A stretch of DNA of 33,954 nt, from the NCBI GenBank assembly GCA_032718475.1, contig JAUCBJ010005104.1, positions 1 to 33,954 on the forward strand, given 5' to 3'. Origin of the DNA: Nemertoderma westbladi (Eukaryota > Animalia > Xenacoelomorpha). Within the stretch, counting starts at the first letter, position 1; each line of letters begins with the position of its first letter. Below, piece after piece: positions 1 through 9,950 of the stretch. The notes below the pieces were generated by a model. The model was not told the DNA's origin and did no database searches. It saw only the letters and a list, made by a program, of their open reading frames with translations. Made by a program: the position numbers and the translations under genes.

Positions 1-180
1 AATATTCACAGTTCACCTCTGTTTAAGTGTTTATATTGACGGCTGGCCCTATCAACTTTCACGAATATTCATTTTCCACAGAGTTTCTTCGTGTGGGTCG
101 AGAGAAACGTTCAGGGATTTAGCGTCATCACAATAATTGATATTCCTAAAACCTTCAGACTTGAAATCCAGTCTGAAATC

Positions 181-271
181 TGATTATTATATTATATATA
201 TTATAGTATATAATATATATATATATAGTATAATATCTATAGTATATATAAATATATATACATATTTGGTT
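181..271. repeat. AT-rich low-complexity/(TA)n tract, continuing at ~909-1000 on the far side of a LINE fragment
   Basis: Almost pure A/T alternation; TATATACATAT lies on both sides of the LINE (255-265 and 908-918). Confidence 0.8.
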
Positions 272-908
272 AATTCATGACCTTTAATGTTGATGGAAAC
301 TTGACAACCATTGATAATAATCAACTAAGGAAGGTCAATGACTTCCAGTACCTTGGATCATGGATAGAGAGTAGGCAAAAAGGACATAGAAGTTAGGAAA
401 GCAAAGGCTTGGGTAGCTCTATCAAAAATGGATAACATCTGGAAATCAGATCTCTCCAGGCACCTGAAGACTAAGTTCTTTTGAGCCACAGTGGAAAGTG
501 TATTTTTATACGGGGGTGAGACCTGGACACTGAAAAATCACTTGAATAACGAATTGATGGTTGCTACACAAGACTACTAAGGGAAGCCCTAAACATCAGC
601 TGGAGACAACACATGACAAACGCCGAGCTTTATGGTACAATACCACCTGTATCAACCACCCTCCGTGAGCGCAGAAAAAGATTCAGTGGGCACTGCTGGC
701 GAAGTAAAGACGAGGTCATACCAGATCTACTTCTCTGGCAACCAACTCATGGAAAGCGTAGTCGTGGACGACCAGCCATAACATATAGATCAACTTAAAA
801 GGTATACTGAACTTGGGAGAAACGAAATTGCGACAACTATGGAGAATCGGGAAGCCTGGAAGGATCTCATTTACATTGTCCGAGTGCGCTCGACCTAGTA
901 GTAGTAGT
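272..908 (+). mobile_element. 5'-truncated RTE-type LINE fragment (family A, 3' end) with (TAG)n tail
   Basis: Close inverted copy of ~7840-8478. Encodes ...MTNAELYGTIPPVSTTLRER...FSGHCWRS...WQPTHGKRSRGRPAITY with frameshifts and stops, and ends CGACC-TAGTAGTAGTAG. Confidence 0.9.
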
Positions 909-1006
909 ATATACATATACATATATCTATATATAATATATATATAGTATAATATCTATATATAATATAATAATATTATTATATATCTGATTAAATTATA
1001 AACTGA

Positions 1007-1813
1007 TCAGTTTATAAGACAACTTCAAGTCTCTGGAATGAAGACGGGACTCGAATAAGTGACTCTGCGGTATTTGCGGGATTATACAGAATAGACTTAT
1101 CGGTCATCGGAGATCTTCAAAATGTATAATCTCCAGTTCTAGTGGTCGTACGAAGTTCGTTTTAGTACGTAGTTACGAAGTTCGAAAGCTCTTTTCTTAG
1201 AGAACAAAGTTTCCATTTGATTTAAGATAAAATGGTTGTGAAGCAACATAACATGAATTTGGGTAAAATATGCCTTGCAAATTTTGTTCAAGTTATGATT
1301 GCTCAGGCAGCTTTCAAGAGTTTGCCAAACCAAATGGTAACTTTGGTCCTTGAGAAAAGAGCTTTCGAATGAGCCCAAAACGAACTCCGTACCACCACTA
1401 GGGAGATTATATATTTTGGAGATCTCCGATGACCGATAAGTCTATTCCGTATAATCCCGCAAAGACCGCAGAGTCACTTATTCGAGACCCATCTTCATTC
1501 CAGAGACTTGAAGTTGTCTTATTAACTGATCAATACGTCCAATAATCATAAGAAAATACCTTCTCAATTAAAATTTTGTGCTCTTTCTCGTGGAGACATC
1601 CAATTAGCAACACTTAGCACAGAAATTTGCAGAAATTGAATGCAAACCCCAAACTTCATCGCCTTTACCGATATCGTGATATATTGGAGCCAGTATCTTC
1701 TATCCCACATACCGGAAAACCGTTTCCATATTTGGATTCAGCATGAAATTCTGCATCAGATAGGATATGTTTCAAAAATTCGACTTTTTGGTCAGAAAAT
1801 GCGCTACCCCCCC
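1007..1813. mobile_element. Left-truncated copy of the TTAA-flanked palindromic non-autonomous DNA transposon (Kolobok-like)
   Basis: Matches ~10540-11358. Right end ...GCTACCCCCCC followed by TTAA (1814-1817). About 300 bp of the left arm is missing. Confidence 0.85.
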
Positions 1814-4689
1814 TTAAAAATATCCTTCCATAGAATTTATTTAATTTATTAAAGAATTGATATCATTTACAGTATACCCATCCACCACCTGCTACTGTAT
1901 ATTAAATACATTCAAATTGAGATAATTGTAAGAATAAAGAGTCGTCTTTCCCGCTAATTAAAATAATATGGTAAGATTACTGATTCTGTTTTCCCTTAAT
2001 GGGCTTTATTTTCAGAGTAAATAAAAAATATATCACACCTACGTAGCTACTACTGCAGCGCAACCCAATACTTTAATTTATACATTCAATATAAATCAAT
2101 GTAGTACATTAGTGCCTACTGAAAACATATTCGATTAAAACAAGCGCCAAAATGTAGGCCTAATTGATCAATGGGTGGTTAGCTAGCTTATTGGTTTGTT
2201 GTTCCAGCCCATAATATTTCCATCATATTAGCTGCTACAACTGTTCATATGGAAAACCCATAGCGGCCAGGACATAAAGATATATGAGATACACAATGAA
2301 GAAACTAAGATTAATAATATGAGACACAAATGAAGAAAGTAAATCTTAAAGCACCCAACACAAGCACACAACCAGTGTGTGTAATTATATTGTACAAATG
2401 GAATTATACCAGGTAAGTCTACAATCCCTCACTAAAAATAGCTCAACTGCACAAGTTCAGTTTCTACAATTACTGTAGGTGGAAGAAATGGCTACAGACA
2501 GAGTATGGTACTACAGTATTTTGTTCGGGGGTTAACGTTTTCCACTGTAGTGTGGTTTGGTTTTGCAGTTACTCACTCATTATTCTAATGTCCGTGCAGA
2601 CATTGAGCATTGATCGAGCATTGACCCCTCGCAACTTCATTGGCTAGCATTGGCCCCTATTACGATGTCCACATTACTGCTGGCCACTATGGGCTCCTAC
2701 TGTAGCAGGTAACAATTATCAGCTATGGAGAATAAATAGAGTAGGTAAAGGAATCATTTGTTAGATTATTAGTATCCTATAATTATTTGTGAAATATCAG
2801 GCTAATAACATGTTTTTATGGTGAGACTAAGTTTTCAATTGGCTGAGTAATTTCCCTAGAAATAGGATGAGTCACTCTTTCTTATCTCTCTCCATTTATA
2901 TTCCTATTGGTTGCAATCTTTGTTAATTTTTCGGAAATGTCCAATCAGAGACCAGAGATTATATTTGAGGAAGAGATTGTAGAGGATTGGTAAACTAATC
3001 ACTGCATTATTCTATTCCTATACAGTTGTATTGTAGTGTAGGCCTACCCTCTACATATCTTGGCCTAGAGTACAGTATATTGCTTATAATTTGGTACCGG
3101 TACTGTAGTGGTAGTTCTAGTGATATATTATCCAAGTCTGCAATCCAATAGGCATAATCAGATAATGTTGTAAGAAAAAAAAGTCTGATGCTGCAGATCA
3201 CTGGGATGCCTAATGCATATGTATTTTTATACCGGTTGTGTAAGACAATATCTGTGTTGGTTATAGGGCCTATTACATTTTGAATGCTCAGTCATTCTGT
3301 CATTTACATTGTAAATGTATAAAGTTGCATCATTAATTTATAGTAATATTTACCGGTACTTGTTAGATTTAGATTAGTTTGATTAGGGGAAGTTTCCAGA
3401 CTGCCAGACAGATTAGTTCCCAGATTCGACAATATCTGGTGGGAAAACAGATATAGTTTCCTAACTCAATGATCTGGTGGGAAAGTTGGAAGATCAGAGT
3501 GGGAATCCATCCTTGGATGCAGAAGAACTACTGAATGAACCCAGTGGATTGATATACAAATGCACACCACCACCACACCCCTCTCTGCCTCTCCCTAAAG
3601 GAATTCTTGGCATGAAGAAACAAACCAAATTGAGGAACTCTGGGACTCAATGCTTCCCTCAGCCCTCCCGGGAATGTTACAGGAGGGCTGGTGCATCATG
3701 CATAAAAGTGCTGTTCCTGGTGTGCAACCGGCATAGTATCAGTAATGATAGAAAGGGCTTAGGTTCGGTTCGGGCCGAAGTTTGGCCATTCTGGTTCAGT
3801 TTGGCTTCTGCAATTGATACTGCAGAAGCCCAGAGCGAAATGCAATTCCCACAAGTAACTGAGTAAGCCAGTAAACCCTTTCTGGTTTCTGCATTTGTCT
3901 GTTTAGACTTTGGAGCTTAGGACAATTGTCCACCGCAGATGCAGTCCACCTAGACCAGATTTTATAGCACATTTACTCCCCAGGACCAACCGAAATCAGG
4001 CCTAATGATCTCGTTTATTTTTCTCCAGGGAGACAGAAAATGCAGGTGCAGGCGCAGTCACTACCCTTAGACAAATCTGTAATGGGATAGGCCTAAACTC
4101 TTAAATAAAGCCCTAGGCTTTGATCCAGACTTAGTCGGCTTGGCCAGTTTAAGTATGGCCAGGCAGTGTAGTGTGGGGTACAACCTACTACAACACGAAT
4201 CTTAACGTATGCCTGCCTACTGCTGTACTGGCAGACTGGCTAAAACACACCAAGCAGCCAAGTATGAAGTAGCAAGTAGGAGGCTTAATTTCAGTATTTC
4301 TTACAGTCTTATCTGTATTGTCATTACAGCAACCCTGTTACCAGTCGGCAACTGCCAGTAGCGGGTTCTACTTACGACTTACAATGCAACTTGCTAATTT
4401 TCTGCGCACCGCGCTAATTTTCTGCGCCTGCGCGCTGCGCGGCGCTGCGCTCTAGTTTGCCCTGCTTCGGTTCGGTTCGGCCGCAGAATAGTGCCTTTAG
4501 CGGAACGGCCTAATTGCAATCAAGGACAACTCTACTACAGGACTGGCATAGCTAAAATTCGGATACTGCTAGCGGGAACCGATATTCTGGTATTGGTAGA
4601 TAGTTCTATAGTAAACCGTGTAGGCAGTTGTTTGCACTTACTTCAGCAGTTGTTTGCACTTAATAACTTGATAACTTTGGTAAATTGAT

Positions 4690-5030
4690 ATGGGGAAACA
4701 CTGGCTGTCTTTTTGGTTGCAAGAGCAACTATATATCTACATCGGTGCCTGTCGCCTGTCGGCGTAATTAAACTTCCATCCGATTCCGTCAAGAGAGACT
4801 TCTGGAAGGCATTACCACCTCGCCCTGACAAAGTCAACCATCCTTATGTTTACAACGCAAATAGCTTTCTTTACGTAAAATATTGGCCAGGTTTCCTAGA
4901 TGGAAGCGTTCCGAAGAATGTTTGCCCAGGAGGTTGCTAGCGCTACTGCGTACTGACCCAAGATTCCTCCATCCTTCTTCCCCAACCCCAATGTTCCTTG
5001 AGTCCTTCTTACCAACTACGACTCCCACCA
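4690..5030 (+). pseudogene. Decayed THAP-domain N-terminus (left arm)
   Basis: Correcting frameshifts gives MGKHCCLFGCKSNY...VIKLPSDSVKRDFWKALPPRPD...NSFLYVKYWPGF...PSFFP, which has THAP-like C-x4-C, P, W, CxxH-position and terminal VP/PxxF spacing. Confidence 0.7.
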
Positions 5031-5400
5031 AACAGCAACAAATAGGCCTATTTGTCTTTATCGAATATGATATTCTCATCATCCTCCCCCTGTATGGAAT
5101 CCATCCATTAATCCGGCGCAAAGTGTATGGATTCCAGTCTGGATCCTCCCTTTGGATTCACTCTGCACTTTCCTGTGTTGCGTGCCACTCTGTTTCCATA
5201 ATCCTCATCCTCTTTAATGTTTCTTACAACAGACTCAAGTCTGGTGACCGTCCAATCTCATGATTCTCAACTGGTCCTGTTATTGCTTGTTGTGTCTGTG
5301 CCGCTGTTGCTTTGATAGCAACGGAAGTTTTTCTAGCCACGGTTCGTCATCGTTGTCAATATTCATAATCTGAAAATTGCTTAGTTGCATGTCACATTGT

Positions 5401-6127
5401 AGACTTGATGTCCCCGTGCTGCTAGTTGCTTTACTCAAGCAGATCGCTGCTCTATCCATCTGTCCATAGGATTCTTTAGTTCCTTGTTATCTAGTATATC
5501 AAAGTGTAGTTTGTTTACATCATACAATATTACGTTTCCACTCCTAGTTCCCCAAAGCGGTTTAGCCTAGTGTTAATGTATAATTATTGTTAATTATTAA
5601 TACTGTAATAGGCAGTGTTAATGTGTACAATTAAAATTTACACATATTAAATAGGCCTAGGCTTACTAAAGTGAAAAAATATTTCCAATTTTGTTTCAAG
5701 ATATCGCAAGATGTTCGGTAATTAGCAAGGCAAGATTTAGTCACCGTTGGAATAGTTGATAGGCTTAGCGATCGCTTCATCAACGTATTCCTTGGAGGCA
5801 AAGGGAGGATGATGATAATATCATAATCGATAAAGACAAATATGATATGTTTGTATGTGGTTTGGTGGGATTCATAGACTTGATGTCCCCGTGCTGCTAG
5901 TTACTTTACTCAAGCAGATTTACACATATTAAATAGGCCTAGGCTTACTAAAGTGAAAAAAATATTTCCAATTTTGTTTCAAGATATCGCAAGATGTTCT
6001 GTAATTAGCAAGGCAAGATTTAGTCACCGTTGGAATAGCGATCGCTTCATCAACGTATTCCTTGGAGGCAAAGGGAGGATGATGATAAGTGCTGATGATG
6101 ATATATGTGGTTTGGTGGGATTCATAG
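5401..6127 (+). repeat. Internal tandem duplication within the foldback element
   Basis: AGACTTGATGTCCCCGTGCTGCTAG at ~5401 and ~5877; the block at ~5636-5877 recurs at ~5918-6127 with small indels. The second copy lacks ~190 bp. Confidence 0.85.
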
Positions 6128-6416
6128 TTGCTAAGTAGGATGATGGAACATTGGGGAAGAAGGATGGAGGGACCTTGTATTGGTAGCAACCTCCTGGGCA
6201 AACCTTCTTCGGAACGCTTCCAACTGGGAAACCTGGCCATATTTTATGCAAATAAAGCTATTTTCATTGTAAACATAAGGGCAGTTGAATTCGTCAAAGC
6301 GTATGCCTTCCAGAAGTCTCTCTTGGCAGAATCAGTTGGAAGCTTAATTACGCTGACAGATTCTGATGTAGATTTATAGTTGCTCTTGCAATCAAAAACA
6401 CAGCAGTATTCCCTAT
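6110..6416 (-). pseudogene. Decayed THAP-domain N-terminus (right arm)
   Basis: Minus strand reads YCCVFDCKSNYKSTSESVSVIKLPTDSAKRDFWKA / NSFICIK(Y) / WPGFPVGSVPKKVCPGGCYQYKVPPSFFPNVPSS across frameshifts. Confidence 0.72.
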
Positions 6417-6879
6417 ATCAATTTAGCAAAGTTATCAATATCAAAATATTAAAATTCAAATTAGTACAGGTAGCATAACGGTAATAATAGGCCTAATAAT
6501 AATAATAATGATATCCTATAATAATAAGTCAGTTCTATATTTTTACCTTACTGGAAAGTAACTGCTGAACTACACAAGTGCAAAAAACTGACCAGAATAC
6601 CAGTTTCCGCTAGTGGTATCCGAATTTTAGCTATGCCAGTCCTGTAGTAGAGTTGTCCTTGATTGCAATGTAATTTTCGCTGGTATGGTGCCTAAAATCA
6701 TTCCAGAATATCATAGGTAATAAGATGAATAATCATATATCTGTATGTATACCTATGTAGGCAGTTAGGCCTATGCCACTGTCAATGGTAGAGACAGTAT
6801 TAGAGAATGGAGTATGCAGGTCTGCTGCAGCCTGCTCTTATATTTATAAAATCATGGCTTAAAAATATTTCGCAGGCAA

Positions 6880-7397
6880 CTTCACCTATGATTTATGTAC
6901 CACCATGACTACGATTTTGAGTTTAACCAGCGATAGGACAATGTCAGCTATGATTTATCCATTGTGATTTTGATTTTAACAGGTGTGACGACATCGTCTA
7001 TGATTTATCCATTGCGAGATGATGTTGCCTATCATATATCTATTACATTTTCGAGTTTAACCAGTGGTAAGACAATGTCAGCAATGATTTATCCATGCGA
7101 TTTCGACTTTATTAGGTGGTGGGACGACATCGTCTATGATTTATCCATTGCGATTGCATGTTTAACCGGCAGTGGGATATCTTTATCTTTGATTTATCCA
7201 TTTCGATTTTAATAAGCGCATCGTCTACGATTTATCCATTGCGACTTCGAGTTTAATCCAGGGGTAGGACAATGTTGCCTACAATTTATTCATTGCGATT
7301 TTGAGTTTAACCAGTAGCAGGATGACATTTTCCTATAATAATTTATCCATTATGATTTCAAGTTTAACCAGCTGCAGGATGATGCATCACCTATAGA
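6880..7397 (+). repeat. Degenerate ~52-bp minisatellite (~10 units), part of the left arm of a larger inverted repeat
   Basis: Recurring CTATGATTTATCCATTGCGATTTTGAGTTTAACCAG..G.AGGACAATGTC with variants. Confidence 0.85.
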
Positions 7398-7653
7398 ATT
7401 TTTAAAAATACACATTTTAATTCTAATTAATTTCTATTCTTCAAAAACATTTTCATCATCAATCTAGACCTAATCCAGTAATCATTGCTATAGCATAGCC
7501 TATAAGGCTTGGTGGGGTATAACATAAACAGTAATAGTTCTAGGTACTCTGTCCCTTATATGTTACTTGTATAGGTTATAGCTGTACTGCTGTATAGCTA
7601 GCTACCTGTAGTTTACTACTGGTGAGTAGCACTAACTGCAATACAGCAATTTG

Positions 7654-7830
7654 TAGTTTGTATGTCATGATTTGGTCCTTTCAGAACCTGTTCGAAGTCC
7701 ACCATTATCAAATACCATTAACAGATAAAACATATTGCTTCCTTTGCTTTGCTTTGCTTTAATTCACATCATAAATATAACATTTAAGATAAAGGCGACC
7801 ATGAAAAAGGTCTGAATTTAATAGGTAACT
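7654..7830. repeat. ~180-bp direct repeat of 19379-19560 (BEL 5'-end/LTR-like segment)
   Basis: TAGTTTGT..GTCATG.TTTGGTCCTTTCAGAACC.GTTCGAAGTCC...GATAAAGGCGACCAT...GGTCTGAATTTA is shared between the copies; this copy is cut by the LINE tail at 7829. Confidence 0.8.
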
Positions 7831-9950
7831 ACTACTACTACTACTACTACTAGGTCGAGCGAACTCGGACAGTGGAAATGAGATCCTTCCAGGCTTCCCG
7901 ATTCTCCATAGTTGTCGCAATTTCGTTTCTCCTAAGTTCAGTATCCCTTTCAAGTTGATCTATATATGTTATGGCCGGCCGTCCATGACTACGCTTTCCA
8001 TGAGTTGGTTGCCAGAAAAGTAGATCTGGTATGACCTCGTCTTTACTTCGCCAGCAGTGCCCACTGAATTTTAATCTGCATTCACGGAGGGTGGTTGATA
8101 CAGGTGGTATTGTACCATAAAGCTCGGCGTTTGTCATGTGTTGTCTCCAGCTGATGTTTAGGGCTGCCCTTAGTAGTCTTGTGTAGCAACCATCAATTCG
8201 TTGTTCAAGTAATTTAGTCAGTGTCCAGGTCTCACCCCCATATAAAAATACACTTTCCACTGTGGCTCGAAAGAACTTAGTCTTCAGGTGCCTGGAGAGA
8301 TCTGATTTCCAGATGGTATCCATTTTTGATAGAGCTACCCAAGCCTTTGCATTCCTAACTTCTATGTCCTTTTTGCTACTCTCTATCCATGATCCAAGGT
8401 ACTGGAAGTCATCCACCTTCCTTAGTTGATTATTATCAATGGTTGTCAAGTTTTCATCAACATTAAAGGTCATGAATTCGGTCTTTGTAGCATTTATATG
8501 CAATCCAACCTCCTTAGCACACTTTATTTAGTAGAAGCTGTGCATCTGCTAGGGTATTAGAGAGCAGGGCGATGTCATCCGCAAAGTCGGTGTCTGTTAC
8601 TGTAGTTGCCGGATATCTACTACTTCTGCGTTCTTGAAGTGTGAATCCCAGGTCTTCACCCTTTGTGGCCGTCCTCATTGCGTAATCCAGCACAATTACA
8701 AATAGTAATGGTGCTAATGTGTCACCTTGCAGTACGCCAGCCAGGATTGAGAAAAACTCAGTTTCACCATCTGGTGAGAGTACCTGCGCTTCTGTGTCAC
8801 AATATAACAATCCAATGCCAGCAACAATTACTTCTGGCATTCCATAAGCTCTTAGGATTTCAAGCATTTTACAATTCCTTCAATCAGTCTCCGTAGTGCA
8901 AGTATCTGAGCTATTGTTGATCTACTTGGTCGAAATCCGTTTTGGCTCTTACGCAGTAGTTTCTCTATGTGAGGCCTAATCCTATATAGAATCATTTTAT
9001 TGTATATTTTGGCAGCTACCACAAGCAGACAGATCCCACGATAGTTTGTTGGTATGCCGAGGTCTCCTTTCTTGGGGAGAGGCTTTAGTTGACCTTTAGT
9101 CCAAATTGGTGGTGGCTTTTCCCCTTTTAACATCCGGTTGCAAACATTCAATAATGGTCTGTTTAGCACTCCGGTTTTCCATACCTCCGCTGGGATTTCA
9201 TCTAATCCACTCGCTTTATTATTGGACGTGCTTTTAATGCTTCTTTGGAGTTCGGCAGGTGTGAAGTCGCCTGTTTCTATAGGTAGTGTCTTGTCATATA
9301 TTTTCCTTGTAGGGCTGACCTCGATGTTTGGTGGCTGCCCAAGCAAGTTGCTGAAGTGATTTTTCCACTTCCCAACACATTCTTCAGGACTATCGGCTTT
9401 GAGGCGCCCCTTTGCACAACTTTTCCGACCAGATACCTCATTTACAGTTTGCCAGGTAAGTCTTGATTGTTGCTGTATGTGAGCAGTTGTAATTGCTTCA
9501 GTTTTATCCTGTATGTACTTTTCCTGGCTGTTGTTGTAGGCCAATTTAAGATCGTCCTTAGCTTTCTCAACCTTGTTAATGTTTTCAGTTGTTGGTTGTT
9601 CGGTTTTAACTTTGTAGGCTATCTTAAGATCTTCTCTCTTACAAGTAACCTCTGAGTTTTGCCATGGCACATATTGTTTTCGTTTGGGTTTCTGGGGGAT
9701 ATGCCTCTTAGCTGATTCCTTGTGGGCTGTTATTATATTCTGGTATATTGAATTGGTGGATTGGTCTTCATCCATTCACTGAAGTGCTTCAAAGCGGTTT
9801 TGAACTTCTACTGTATAAGCATCCTTTACAGCATTGTCAGTTCTGAGTTTTTCCCAGTCATATTTGATTTGCTTGCTTGTCCTGGGTTTGCTGGCTCTCA
9901 AACTGAGTCTGATCTCTGCAGTCACAATTCTGTGGTCTGAACCAATTATA
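7829..9950 (-). mobile_element. RTE-type LINE family A, 5'-truncated at the end of the APE endonuclease, lightly decayed RT ORF
   Basis: GSDHRIV (APE end), KASGLDEIP, PKKGD..NYRGI, QNGFR, GVLQGDTLAP, DFADDIALL, YLGSWI, FSGHCWR. Broken by a stop at 9776 and frameshifts near 8860 and 8510. (CTA)8 tail at 7829-7852. Confidence 0.93.

Larger units (their letters stand above)
4521..6661. mobile_element. P-element-superfamily-like foldback element with long diverged inverted arms and an 8-bp flanking duplication
   Basis: Begins CAAGGACAACTCTACTACAGGACTGGCATAGCTAAAATTCGGATAC and ends with its exact reverse complement. ATTGCAAT lies at 4513-4520 and 6662-6669. Arm similarity extends ~570 bp inward, and both arms contain THAP-like coding relics. 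Confidence 0.8.

Noticed and set aside
2836-2992. CCAAT-box cluster as a promoter
   Set aside because: No downstream gene or exon can be supported.
3477-3866. 129-aa ORF
   Set aside because: Non-ATG start, no domain features, and it overlaps probable repeat sequence.
6880-7397. CRISPR-like array
   Set aside because: Units are degenerate along their whole length with no unique spacers, there are no cas genes, and the context is eukaryotic.
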